64,000 bases of DNA, from positions 175,336,001 through 175,400,000 of the forward strand of contig OX597815.1 of NCBI GenBank assembly GCA_951406725.2, written 5' to 3'. Below, piece by piece: positions 26,080 through 39,255 of this stretch (the stretch's first letter is position 1; every line of letters starts with the position of its first letter). Under the pieces are notes generated by a model. It had not been told where the DNA came from. It saw only the letters and a list, made by a program, of their open reading frames with translations, and did no database searches. The stretch comes from Octopus vulgaris (taxonomy: Eukaryota). A program made the position numbers and the translations under genes.

Positions 26080-29000
26080 CAACCATTTTTTCCAAATTTT
26101 GTATAGTTAGTAAAGTATGTATGCACAAAAACTTTTGAAGAGAAATAAATGAGAAAATAAACAATAATACTACAATGTCATAAGACTGTACGCATTCAAC
26201 ACAAATGATGACTGCGATGTGAGAATTGGTAGTGAAATTGAAGCTATGAGAAAGAAGAGTGTTACTATAAGTTATCATGATTAACCTCTGCTGCAAGACT
26301 GAAGAATTTATTCAACGTTGGTTGACGTTTACAGCATGGCGTGTCAACATAGGAACGGAGCTCATTATGAGCTTTTGTCATTTCTATGCTACGTCCATTG
26401 TCATCAACATAGACTTGCATGTCTTCCTCTGTAATTGCCAACCATTTTCGCTGTATTCTTTTTAGTTAGATGAAGTGGAGTAAGCGGAGAATTCGCTCTC
26501 AGTCCAACATCGCCAGCGTCAAAATAAAATAAAAAATAATAATCTTCCTACATGGAACACCAATATTTCAATTACATCAACTATAACTTTCAGTGTCACA
26601 ATATCTTACTGACAACCGGAAACCCTACAAAGTTACTGATACAGCATGGCCTTACGCTTCATGATCTCGAACTTTATTCAGAAGTTTCTAACCTTTATTA
26701 TCCCGCCAATTGCTTCTATGAGTTATTTCAAAGTTTTTTTCCCTCATATATGACGTATATCATGAAGTTAGTCTTTTAGAGAAATATTTCAATCTTGTAT
26801 CACGAGGGGGATCATTTAAGTTCATGGGATAAAATGAGCAATGCTTTGTTGGAAATATTATTACGCTCGGCACTGCGCCCTTTTACAGCTGTGAACAAAT
26901 GTTTGTCAACCAATCTTGGGAAAAAGACTTCATAGTTGATTAAACATGGTATAACTCTTAAAGGCCCTTTTAGTTTGAAGAGGGACATATAAGAAAGGGT
27001 TTTCATGCCACATCCTCCCAGAATAAGTATCAGATGATTTTTGGAAGCTCTAAAAGTTGGTTTTTCTTTACTGGAAATAATTGTCCCAAGAGGGATGCGC
27101 TCTCAAGTCACTTTCATCAACATTGCACGCTTGTTCTACTATAGCCACCTTCAGCAATAATAATATTCCTTAATATAATTAGTTGCCATCTCTGTCTTTG
27201 TACTGGCAATGCTAACGACTGTTTTTATATTGTAAAAATTAAGGTGTCCCTTAAACTCTTTCGAACCAGCTTTTACTAACAAAGAATGGATTATGCAACA
27301 GAAGGTCACTGCCGCTTCCTGAAAAATCTTGAATAACCATTGTGTTTATTGGCACAGGTTTCATTTGAAGCATCACTTCAGATCTTATAAAAAATAAAAT
27401 AATGCTTGACATTCAACAGAGGAGTTGCTCGAGGCTGCGACCTAATTTTATCTTGTTTCGTATATAGGGCAAGCTTTAATGTTTTTGCAAAGTGGCCGAG
27501 TTTCTCTAACACATCAAACTTTTGCAAAGCATCAAGTTTAACATTCAACGTAATTACTGCCTTCTCTTCTAATTAACTGTTATATTTCCAGACATTTTGA
27601 TCATTATACCTTATATATTAGTCGTTAAATCCAATAGTGGATGTGGCTGGCAAGAAATTCGCGCCAAAAAGTAAAACAGAAGAGTCCGATGAAAGTAACG
27701 ATGATTTGAACGGGAAAATATGCAAAGAAGTGGAAAGATTAAAGTCCGTAACATGATCCACATCAGCTGAACTGGTGGGGAGTAAGGATTAGAGAGCAAG
27801 TGGATACTGGTAAGTATGTTGAGGTCAGTGGCGGGGAGGGGGGGAACAGGGCCACTTGAATTACTTCACGCACAAAGTGGGTTGAAGGAGAGAAAGCATA
27901 GACACTGATGATGTTCAAGAAAAAAAATATGCATCATGATTTTAATTTTAAAGTTGTTAAAATTGATGCTAGTTTTCGTTTTAAAGTTGAATTACAAGCC
28001 GTATCTCGAATTCTCGTAAGTGTGGAATTCCCTAACCAAAGATTTCATAATACGAGGTACTCGTATGTTTGTATTTTGGTTATAAATAAGTATGAATTCG
28101 ATTTTTGCGAATATCTGAATATCGTAAATGAGTTTATGATACGTACATCTTTTATAATGTATATACAAACGTAAAACATAACTTCAGAAATTTTGAGTGC
28201 GATTTTTAAAAAGAATCTAATGCTGTTTCATGTGCGTACATCAGGTTTGACATAATCCTGGCTATTTTCTGTAAAGATCGGTAAATGTTTTGTTTATCGA
28301 CTTCTATGGGGGAATAGAAGTTCTAGCCAAGCTACGAACGACCGAAGGGTGCTTGTCACCGAGGAGGCGAAACTAAATCCAAACATAGTGTCTCTGTCTC
28401 TCACACTCTTCTTCAGGTCCTAAAAATAAATGGAAATTCAACTTTTTATACGTGATGGAAAAGAAATAAACGCGATCTCACCTGGTGGTAAGTCTTCTTT
28501 TACAGAATGTTCTGTTCTGAGAACTCTATCTCTCATAATGAATCGTATAAAAAGACAGAATTATTCTGGAATCTGTGGTATAGGGCCAACAGCCACGAAG
28601 CGGACGAATGTACAGAAAAACCATACACCTTTCTATCCAACCAACTGAATGGAAAACTATCATAAAGTATCCAATATGGAATTAACTACATAGGGGCTTA
28701 CACATCCGAAATCAAACCTAATTTGTTGTATCTTAGCAAATTTTATAAGCATTTCAGAATATCTTTTCAGAATTGCTTAATCTTTAATGAGTCCAAGTTC
28801 TTTTTGTAGCTAAGAGAAACGCAAACTTAACTCAAATAAGCCACAGCCTTAAATTGTAAACCCTTTATTATACAATTCATTTCACTTGATATAAACCTTT
28901 TCAGAACCTTTTTTTATAGACTCTTCTAACTTTCATTCTCTAGATAGCTTTGTACACCACAAAGTAGACTTCAGTTTGTGCCACCCTTTTCCCTAATGCA

Positions 29001-29391
29001 GCTTTTGTGTGGCTTTTGCGATTATTACAATTAGCAGAATTTTGTCTTTCAATAACTTGTTGACACACACGCACACACACATACACGCGCGCGCGCACAG
29101 ACAGAATTGTCCTACGATGAATTGCACTCGATTATAGGAAGAGTGGTTGGCTGAGTCAGGCAACTTAAAAGCATTGAAGAACAGCATAAAGCAATAGAAA
29201 AAAGTGTACTGAAGATAACGTGACTTTGTTGATATTCAAAATGTTCCTCAAAAGATAAAAATATAAATAAATCAACAGTATTATCTTGTTGTCATTAAGT
29301 ACGTCTGGCTCAAAAACACTTGGACCACCACTCGTGTTCCTGTGTGTGGGAGTGTGTGTGTGTGCGAGACCGTATATATGTATACACCTGC

Positions 29392-29451
<60 letters not shown>

Positions 29452-29594
29452 GTGTGTGTATATATATAGTGCAAACAAGAGAGACAGAGAAAGGCAGAAA
29501 CAAGGAAAATGCCACTTATATTTGAACACTATACAAATATTCTTTTAAAAAAACTTTTCTTTTAATTTTTCTAAATTCAATTATTTAATCGTTA

Positions 29595-29632
29595 CAGTTG
29601 AAAAGGTCTCAAAATGACTGAAACCGGTACTG
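29595..29632 (+). ncRNA. Degenerate minimal hammerhead motif
   Basis: CAG-TTGAAAA-GGTC tcaaaat GACT-GAAA-CCGG-TA-CTG: stems and palindromic stem III are present, but the core has two changes from CUGANGA. Confidence 0.4.
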
Positions 29633-29680
29633 AAATGTTCTTTATAAAATTATTTTAGCATTTTCTATCTTGACTTGTTT

Positions 29681-29756
<76 letters not shown>

Positions 29757-29759
<3 letters not shown>

Positions 29760-30700
29760 AACCCTTGCGTTAACGCTGTAACGCGTATCTAAATTTTAGG
29801 CTCAGCGCGAAATTCTGTGACGAGGAAAGTGAGATGAGTTCCGACGGATATTTAAAAAAAAATTAATAATCTCTTATGATAAATAAAACTAAGCAAAATG
29901 ACCACTTTTCTGCATATAAATAACGAATTTTAAGCACGCACAGTACAATATAGATGTTTAAAAAAATTGAAGCGTAAAACGCTGGGAAATAAATAAGAAT
30001 CATAATATCGTAACAGAGAACGGTCTAACAACAAAAAACGACTGTGTGAAGGGTGGGGTGGGGGTTGAATGATAATTCCTGGGAGAATGAGGCTTACTAT
30101 CTTCTATTTTGTAGTTCATCACCATTAACATCTGCTCGAGTCGTTTGATATTTATGGGGCATCACCTCTTTGTATAACTTATTTAGGTGTTATTTAACAA
30201 TATTCTTTGCAGTCAATTTTAATGGAGTTGGCTGAATGACCGTATTGTCATCTGAATTCATCAATATTACTAGCTCCTCGTTAAATGCACTTTCCCTATG
30301 TAAGATCGAAATTACACACCGTATCCTGATATTTGTGCTCAAACTTTACGATTTCTGTGAGCGCACAATCCTCGAGGTAACCAAAGAGCGGATTACCTCT
30401 GTTTCCTCGATACTTAACACCCAAACACCAGCCTCAAAATCCTCACTGTTCCCAACAAAACAGTTTTCGGAGCGTGTTCTACCCTCATGTCAATCTCAGA
30501 AGGGAGATCAATTGAGGCAGGCTTTGCAGCGGGGGAAGCCCGTAAGTGGTCATTACGTCACCGCCTAAAGCTAAAGTCTTCTTTTCAATCTCAATCAGCG
30601 CTAGGTTGTATATTGTATCGGTGAAACCATACTCAATTTCATTTTTACCAAATAATTTACGAAGGAGGGAATGGGTTATTTCCCTTGGAAGCTTAAAAAT
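29757..30700 (-). mobile_element. Helitron remnant
   Basis: Minus frame near 30520-30680 reads FTDTIYNLALIEIEKKTLALGGDVMTTYGLPP, resembling the Rep-helicase linker of Helitrons. A GC-rich hairpin near 29765-29785 could be the 3' end. Confidence 0.45.
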
Positions 30701-30899
30701 AATTACACCCGCCGTTCAACCGCGCTCAAATGTTGTTCCTTCGCCGTTTACCCGAACATTTTTTTTCGAAATCAATTTATAGTTAAAACCTCCTGAGACA
30801 CATAAGCAATGTGTGTGGGAAGTTTAAGAAAAATCAGTGGAGCCGTTTTGGCGCAAAACGAGGATATACCAATACACACACATTTTCAGTTTTAATATG

Positions 30900-31335
30900 T
30901 GAGATTATTATTATTATTATTATCATTATTATTATTATTATTATTAAGCTAGTATATGCTAATTTAGTTAGCAGGGATTCTTCCTTTGGATTCTTGCAGA
31001 ATATAGGATGGTGCTTTTCTGCAGGTTGCCAATGCAAGTTTCAATTCCAATTTCTTTCAGTCTTTTTAGGTTGCATTTTAGGTTTTGTACCAATTGCACC
31101 AATTTCTGGAGGAAGAATTGTTGGCTTGGTATTCCATACTCTCCTCAGTTCTTTGACTAGGTCCTGATATTTCTTAACTGCTTTCAAATTCTTTGATGTC
31201 GATTCTGTTATTATAGCGAATTGCAAATTCTAGGATCTTAAACTGTTTATTTTGTACTCTCTGGTCATGTCTGGACCTCTTGTAATTGATGGGATTCGCA
31301 CATCTATATATTTTTTTGGTCATGGGTTCTGGCAA
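30900..31335 (-). mobile_element. R4/Dong-like LINE, 3' remnant with (TAA)n
   Basis: KKYQDLVKELRRVW...IGAIG and an upstream RGPDM segment, followed by (ATT)n at about 30904-30946. Confidence 0.6.
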
Positions 31336-31497
31336 TGGAAAGAAAGTCTGTTAAAGGGGGGAAAAGAAGAGGAAAAAAGAAGAAAAAAAAGGAGAGTAGT
31401 TTTTTCTTTTTTTTCATTTCATTTCTATCACTCTCCTATTTTTGTTTCTTCATTTCTTTCCTTTATCATACTTCCTCTTCATCACCATACCCTATAA

Positions 31498-31561
<64 letters not shown>

Positions 31562-31689
31562 CATTATCTCCATCGAAATAGTCACCTTGGATACCAATAC
31601 ACTAGTCCCAGTTTCCCTGCCAATATTGGAATCCGGCCTGGAAATTATTTTCCGTAAGCAAATTGAAAACCTTCTGTGATTCGCTCTGG

Positions 31690-32358
31690 ATGTCGACAAC
31701 GGTATTAAAACGGCTACCGTTAAACAGTATTTTCTTCTTGGGAAAGGGATGGAATTTCTCGGGTGCCAAGTCTGTCGAATAGAGCGGGTACAGAAGTGAT
31801 CACCATGTTTTTGGTGAGAAACTCCTGAGTGAGGAGAGCATGGTGGCAGGGTGCATTGTCATCGAGAAGAATCGAATTCTTCGCGCTCTACAGATCCGGT
31901 CGCTTTCGCTGAATATCCTCCCCCAAATGCTTCAAAACATCACAATAGAACTTTCGATTAACGATCTGGCCCTGGAGGAAGAATTCTTGAAGCATAATAT
32001 TGCAGTTGTCAAAAAAAAAAAAATACCATGAGCATGCCCTTGACTGAGCTGGGACTCGTGCCTTTTGAAGCACCCATGCCACTCGAAACATTGTGTCCGA
32101 CCCATCGCTTCGTCGCCATAAGCTTACTGAAGTATGCTCAACGTTGGTTCGTTGTTCTGACTTCCTGTCCATGACAAAATTCGAAGACTATAGCATACAC
32201 GTTATCACAAAAACACAAATTTCACAATTTGCGAAGCAAACACAGCGATGTCCCTCAGTGCACTGCTTTACGAAACTCATTGCTAGCTTTCACTGCACTC
32301 TGTGTGCTGCCAACTGTTGGCGCGCTACAGAACTAGTCTGGGAACTTTCTGATACACA
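31690..32358 (-). mobile_element. Mariner transposon, internally deleted
   Basis: MDRKSEQRTNV...FFFD...EFFLQGQIVNRKFYCDVLKHLGEDIQRKRPDL followed by LLDDNAPCH. TIR-like GTGTATCAGAAAGTTCCCAGACT at about 32336-32358. Confidence 0.78.
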
Positions 32359-33006
32359 CACAAACACGCACACAGAGAAAGAGAGGTGTGAGCAAATCCC
32401 ATTTATTTCAAGTCGTAACTTGCCTGATGATCTTGTGCATCAACAGCTGAAACTCAGAGTAACAAGAGACTCACTCGACCAAGATAAAAGTATATTGAGT
32501 ATTGAGTACCCCTTTTTTTCGACAGTTAACACTAAACGGATGCGAGTGTGTGTGTGTGTGCATGTGTGTGTACACGTGAGCTTTTATGTACAGGTGGGTG
32601 TAAAGATAAAAGAAATGATTACTGAACAAGGATTGTGGGAGCCAAACGATTTTATTTACGGTCTTACTTAGCTGTGCATCATTTGAAGTTTCATCGGGTG
32701 TCTGGAGTCACAATTAGTTACTTTTTTTTGTAAGATGGGGTTGTGGGGGTTGGCAGAATTAAGAGCGTCGATAATCCTGCAAAGCTCAACTTTTTCATTC
32801 ACTCCTCCAGGGCCAAGAAACAAAATTTCAGTTAAGTGCTGGAGTACAGGGGGGGAGGGGGAATTTGATCGGCTAATCTTCCTTTTAGGCTTTGTGCTTA
32901 TATTAGAAAGTTATCTTTTAGGAAGATATAAGTAAACTCAAACCTTATGACATCATCCAACAACGAACTTGATATTCAAACACTCTAGTTATTACTCAAA
33001 TATGAC

Positions 33007-33044
<38 letters not shown>

Positions 33045-33336
33045 GTAGATAAAAAAACAATTAATTTTCTTCAATAACGTCTGCATTTTCCTCTGTGACC
33101 GTTTATATCACTTTTCCTCCTCTTTGTATAAATGTTATTTTATCTCAGAGCACTTCTACCGTCAACATTATCTTTAAAACTAAGCTTCATATCTATCAAT
33201 TGAGAACTAACACCTGCATTGATAATGCTTGATTATATAAATATAATACACACATTTCTATTGCGACAACTTTTAGATTTTTATAACGTTTTACACCATA
33301 GGAGAGAGAAAATATCTTCAAGGTAAGCACAATATA

Positions 33337-33723
33337 TCTCTTATTATAATCTCTTATTATAAAAGGCAGATTTTATCTGCCTCCCTTTGTATCTTATAGA
33401 AATCTACAATATAGGATTTCTTCAATTACAATTTACCTAGCATTTTTAAGAGTAGAATGCATCGGGTCGTGCCAGGTCCACTTTTTAAAATTTCAACCCC
33501 AATTAAGCAAAATTTAGAGAAAACTCACATTGTGGTGTATGAGTCAAATGCTTTTCTTAGTGCGGTCTACAGCACACGCAAACGCACACACACAGTGTGC
33601 AACGAATAAAGTGAAAGTAATTCACTTTTTGTAGTGTGTGACTCTTTCACTCTGCCCCCCACTTCCTCTTTACACACATAGACACGCAAATATATAAATA
33701 AAATTTTAAGCTAACGTGCGTGT

Positions 33724-33754
<31 letters not shown>

Positions 33755-35313
33755 AGGGTGCGTGTGTGTGTGTGCGTGAGTGTGTGACAGGAAAGTTTTT
33801 TAGGACGAATATAAGACCTATATCCAAGTAGCAGAAAGATCGCCCAAAAGTGTATATAGATATTTAAATGTATTTATATATTCATCTATACACAGATGTA
33901 TGTATAATGTGTGTGTATATATTTCCATAGAGGTAACCTTTCACTCCATACAAAGTTTTTTAGGACGAATATAAGATCTAAAGTATATACAAGTAGCACA
34001 AAGATCGCCCAAAAGTGTATATAGATATATAAATGTATTTATATATTCATCTATGCACACATGTATGTATAACGTGTGTGTATATATTTCCATAGAGGTA
34101 ACCATTCACTCCATACAAAGTTTTTTAGGACGAAAATAAGATCTAAAGTTATCTCTAAGAAACAGAAAGATCGCCCAAAAGTGTATATAGATATATAAAT
34201 GTATTTATATATTCATCTATGCACACATGTATGTATAACGTGTGTGTATATATTTCCATAGAGGTAACCATTCACTCCATACAAAGTTTTTAGGACGAAA
34301 ATAAGATCTAAAGTTATCTCTAAGAAACAGAAAGATCGCCCAAAAGTGTATATAGATATTTAAATGTATTTATATATTCATCTATACACACATGTATGTA
34401 TAATGTGCGTGTATATATTTCCATAGAGGTAACCATTCAATCCATACTAAGTTTTTTAGGACGAAAATATTTATATATAAAAGAAAGGTTGTGTGTCTGT
34501 CTACTCCGATTTAGATTCCTAACTACTCCCACATTTTGCGATGCAGTTTAACCAAAACCGGGTATCTTATAGTCGTGATTCATATCGAGCCCTTCTGGGT
34601 ATTAGCGCGCGTCTACGATGAGTCTATGATTTTACAAATAATTTACCATCATTTTTTCCATTTTAATGCATATTTTTTTTAATAAAGGGAAGTAACTCTC
34701 AAACTTCACACCAATATGCGTGCTCATATTTGACGTAATATCACATCAGCAGCATTTCCTCACACCCTCCTTGCACTTGGCAAAGGCAAAATACCTGGGG
34801 ATGAAAATGGTAATATTGCCATCGATTCCATTTGTACCATTGTTAAGAGGCGTTCTGATCTCAGAGATGCAGTGTTCCCAGATCTACAAGCTAATTATCA
34901 GAATATAGATTGGATTGGCCAAAAGGCTATACTGGCCCCGAGGAATAAAACTGTTCACCATATCAATGATGAAGTGCTAAAACTCATTCCTGGGGAAGTC
35001 TATGTATATCAGTCTATCGATACAACTCCTGACCCAGAGGACGTCATCAACTATCCAATAGAGGTACTCAATTCCTTTGAGCACACCGGACTACCACCAC
35101 ACTTTCTCAAACTTAAAGTTGGTGCCCCTATAATGCTCATTAGAAATTTGGTTCCCCCAAAACAATGCAATAGCACACGTTTGATCGTTAAGTCCTTATC
35201 TCCCACCGTAAACTTATATCAATATTTGCCTGAATAACCATCATAATTCAGTGCAATCATTAACAGTACTTTCAAGCAATTCAGCCCCGAGCATCGCCGG
35301 GCAATTCTGCTAG
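33337..35313 (+). mobile_element. Non-autonomous Helitron with PIF1-helicase fragment and internal tandem array
   Basis: A|TC 5' end at 33337. ORF 34872-35237 AILAPRN...YPIEVLNS...GLPPHFLKLKVGAPIMLIRNL...CNSTRL. 3' hairpin CCCGAGCATCGCCGGG then CTAG|T at 35310-35314. Confidence 0.85.
33792..34467. repeat. Tandem repeat, 160-166 bp unit, 4 copies plus a stub
   Basis: The anchor taggacga recurs at 33801, 33961, 34126, 34291 and 34457. Confidence 0.95.
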
Positions 35314-36240
35314 TTTTTTATAAAGTGTTCCAAATGTTCACCAGAGAGAGAGAGAGGGAGAGAGAGAGAGAGTGAGTGAGGAAGAGAGGGAGAAAGAGAG
35401 AGAGAGAGAGAAGCAGTGAGCTACATTTCTTACAGCATTTAGTTCCATCCCTGTATGTTTTGAATTCAGCTGCTGCTAGATTAGACTTTCTGTTCATCAT
35501 TCTGATGTCAGGTTGGACTCAGTGGAGCATACAGTTCTATTTCAAATGCGTGGCTTTGGGTACCGTAGCATAGAACTGTTGGTATACGGAATCAAAATCG
35601 ATTGTAGATTTACTTAACCGACAGATTAACTTTAAAGCATTTTGTTAAGGGGATCCACATTAGGACACACATTTGCCTTACAAATAATTTACCAAGTTAA
35701 TATTATGGGCTGGACGTGAATGCTGGATTAGATGCATTTGTTAATAGAACTGCAAACTGTAAGGAAAAGCCCAGATTGCTTTATTAACAGCAGTTCTTGA
35801 CCAGCGCCACTAGAATTATCAAACATCGGACCCTGGCGTGGTTTGAGCTCAGATGTAAATAAATTGCACATGGCATTCTATTGATTCTACCGATAAATGC
35901 TCGTAACTACCAAAATATAATAATGATATACTGACAACAACCACAACAACAACACCAGCAGTGGCAGAAGCAACAACAACAACAACAATAACACTGATAA
36001 TAACAAAGTTTTCAAATTTTGGCCCAAGGCCAGTAATTTCGAGGAAAGGAGCAAGTCAACCTAGCGTTTAACTGGGTCGACCCCAAAAAGATAAAAGGCA
36101 GAGTTGACTTCGGCAGAATATGAACTCAGAACGAAAAGATGGATGAAATATTGCTTAGCATTTTGTCCGCTGCACTAAAGATCTTGCCAGCTCACCATCT
36201 TAAGCATAATAATATAAATAATAATAATGATAATAATAAT

Positions 36241-36947
36241 GGCCTGTGTAAGACCTATCCTCTGACAGTCAAGCCCCACTCCTTCGTCAAACCAATAGGA
36301 GAAGAGTGGGAAAAGGCGAGTATCTGTCACCTTGAAATAACCAGTGCTCCGGATAGGTTGTACTCATTAGCCTTGGATGGCAAACTGCCTTGGAGAAAGA
36401 ACACTCTGAATTCAAAACCAGAGGAGCAAGGTCCCTACTGCCTTAGCGGATTACCTTGATAGAAATGGTGTCTTGATAAAAGTACTAGTAACCTAAAAAC
36501 ACATCACATTTGTGAGTGAAAATGTCAGGCAAAATAGGTGACCATAATGGTATGAACGGAAATGGAACCAATGGTGAAGGTACCGCACCCCGTAGGTTCC
36601 CCACCGTGCAGCAGGGTAGGCCTAGTAGTAATCCAGCAACTGTTAGCCATGCTACAAGACATAAGTGGAGTAAACAAGTAAACATGATGGTTACGGATTG
36701 TTACTACCGGTGCACCTCAGTGGATGTGAATGGCGTGCCTGTCAGAGGGTGCAGGAAACAAATGCAAAAAAAGATTGGTGCAAGTGTGACAGTAGAACAC
36801 CTACAAAAATCAGCATTGCTTGGAACTGGAAGAATTCTTTGCAAGGTTCTTGAAGCATGACCAGTAAACTAGTGTCACCTTAAGTCAGCTGGCTGTGGAC
36901 AGCTGACACTTTCCATTATACCCAGCAAAATATGTTGTGAGTTTTTG

Positions 36948-37012
<65 letters not shown>
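36241..37012 (+). mobile_element. Internally deleted (5'+3' bipartite) R4/Dong-like LINE in a (TAA)n tract
   Basis: ORF 36516-36860 joins the N-terminus (RHKWSKQVNMMVTDCYY, homologous to ORF 37255) to the extreme C-terminus (VEHLQKSALLGTGRILCKVLEA). AAT repeats on both sides. Confidence 0.78.
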
Positions 37013-37013
<1 letters not shown>

Positions 37014-38959
37014 CCTCACATATTTATGATTATCTCAATTACAAGACAAAAGTTGAAACTAAACAACATTTAATAATACCTTTTAATAATAAATGGAAAT
37101 AATAATAATGATGATGATGATGATAATTTAGCCAAAACTCATGTTGGATCAGAGGAAATATTAACGTTGACAAATAGTGGTAACAAAATGAAAATAATAA
37201 TATCAGTGATGATAATAATAATGAAAGGAACCGGTTGGAATCTCCCTACCTCATATGAGTGACAATGAAAAAACAAAAACTGAAGCCCTTGATGGTGATA
37301 GTGTTACACTTGGCAGGCTCAGAGATACTGGTCCGACTCCAGCCTGTTGTTACCTAGGAAAGGACCAGCACACACGGCGTAGATGGAACAAACAAATCAT
37401 TGCTGTGGTCATGGATTGTTACTACCTGAGCAATCCCACAGACGAAAATAGTGTTCATACTAGGGAATACCAACAACGTATGTACGGTTTATGGAGAGAA
37501 AGAAGAGTGTTTCAAGTTACGGAACAGAGATTATGTGATCAAGCTAGAACAATAAGAAACAATCGTTGGTTCACAGGAGTAGAGCTCAAAGCTATCAAAA
37601 GACGGGTATTGGAAAACAGCAGCAGAGGAGATGATGAAAATACAGTTCTTAGTGATAAAAGTAATTTCATAGCAGAAAACAGAGGTGAGATCTCTAATAA
37701 ACCACAGGAAAGGAACAGTGATAGCTTGCTCGATGAGAGACATATAGATGGTTTGGAAGAGGACAATAAAACTAATGGTGACATGACAGATGGGCAAAAG
37801 GCAATCTATGACAGAATAAAGGCAAGGCTACAGGAAAACGACAGTGACATCATTTGCAACCTTAAAAAGGTGGAAACTGAACCAAGAATCGAAAAATGTG
37901 AAGGGAATTCTGAAATACTTCAGAACGAAAAGCATCACAGAAACAAATAATTTGATCAAGGCAGCAAGTATTGTTGTAGCAGAAAATGTGGGTGTTGATG
38001 TCAAGAAAAAGAAATATAATGGGAGTGACAAAAGAAAAGATCTATGGTGGAAAAGAAGGATACAGGTGGGGATTAGATATGCTCATGAAGGACATTTCTG
38101 TGTTAGACCGTAAAGACAAGGGGGAGCTTAAAAGCAAGCAAAAATACAGGGCACTGAACAGGAAGTATAATATTGAAAGAAAGGGCCTGAAAGTGGTAAT
38201 GGAGGAACTGAAACAGCACCTCGTTGCAAAGATGGTAAGATATGATCAAAGAATGAAGGGCTGCCAGTAGAATAAGTTATTCATAGTAGATAAGAAGAGA
38301 TTCTACAAAGAAATAAATGGAGAGTGTACAGATGAAAAGTTGATACCAGATAACATTGAAAGTCAAGGAGCACAAGAAGGATGCTGAATGGTTGCAAGAA
38401 CTGAAACAAACGGAAGTCTGTCCAAAACAGGCAGAACTGGTCATTTCAGTTAGGGAAGTGAAGGAAATCAGCAACAAAATGGGCAACTGGAAGGCCCTGG
38501 GACCAGGTGGAGTTCAAGGCTACTGGATCAAAAGATTTGGTGAATGTTATGCACAAATAGCTGCACAACTCAACACCTTCTTAAATGCTGAACAAGTAAC
38601 ACCAAAGTGGTTGACAGTAAGTAGGACAGTGCTGTGCTTGAGAAAAACATCGAAGAAAGCAATACGGTAGACAATTACAGGCTGATGTCCTACTTGCCAC
38701 TTATGTGGAAATTATTGACTGGAATAGTCACAGAGTCAATGTATGGACATCTGGAAAACAATGGAGTCCTGTCACATGAGAAGGAGGGGTGCAAGCATAA
38801 GTGCAGAGGTAACAAGGATCAGCTCCTGGTAGACAAAGCTGTACTTAGAGACTGCAAAAGGAGGAAAACTAACTTAGCTATGTCATGGATTGATTATTGT
38901 AAGGTGTACAATACGATCCCACATTCTTGGCTTATGGAATGTTGAAACTATTTGGGATT

Positions 38960-39106
38960 GTACATTATTTACATTTGATGAATATTTGTCCTCATCTTGT
39001 TTGTTGTTAACACAACGTTTCAGCTGATATACCCTCCAGCCTTCTTCAGGTGTCTTGGGGAAATTTTGAACCTGGGTTCTCGTTCCTAAGATATTCTTCA
39101 ATGTTG

Positions 39107-39147
<41 letters not shown>

Positions 39148-39222
39148 GTTCAGGTCACTGCTTGGAAACGAACTTGGAATCTTGGGGTTAGTAGCCCGTG
39201 CTCTAAACCACTACGCCATATG
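38960..39222 (-). mobile_element. Short element: tRNA-like head + (AAT)n + hammerhead-containing tail
   Basis: A-box TGGCGTAGTGG and B-box-like GTTCGTTTCC (GTTCGATTCC in the adjacent inverted copy), then (AAT)n, then the hammerhead at 39053-39010. A second, partial copy of the tail is at about 63878-63970. Confidence 0.75.
39010..39053 (-). ncRNA. Minimal type-I hammerhead ribozyme motif
   Basis: ACAC-CTGAAGA-A-GGCTG gagggtatat CAGCT-GAAA-CG-TT-GTGT: intact core with one extra A after A9, palindromic AACGTT stem III, GUU triplet. Confidence 0.7.
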
Positions 39223-39255
39223 ATTCCAAGTTCGATTCCAAGCAGTGACCTGAAC

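Noticed and set aside
28419-28492. Well-formed acceptor and donor around a short ATG-initiated segment (MEIQLFIRDGKEINAISPG)
   Set aside because: No recognisable homology or partner exons; cannot be supported without transcripts.
33792-34467. Regularly spaced repeats as a possible CRISPR array
   Set aside because: Whole units are repeated with no unique spacers, there are no cas genes, and the context is a eukaryotic Helitron.
34872-35237. Host PIF1 helicase gene
   Set aside because: A fragment bounded by Helitron termini, so treated as transposon-derived.
39150-39222. Possible tRNA gene
   Set aside because: A/B boxes are present but there is no proper acceptor stem; it is the head of the short element described above.
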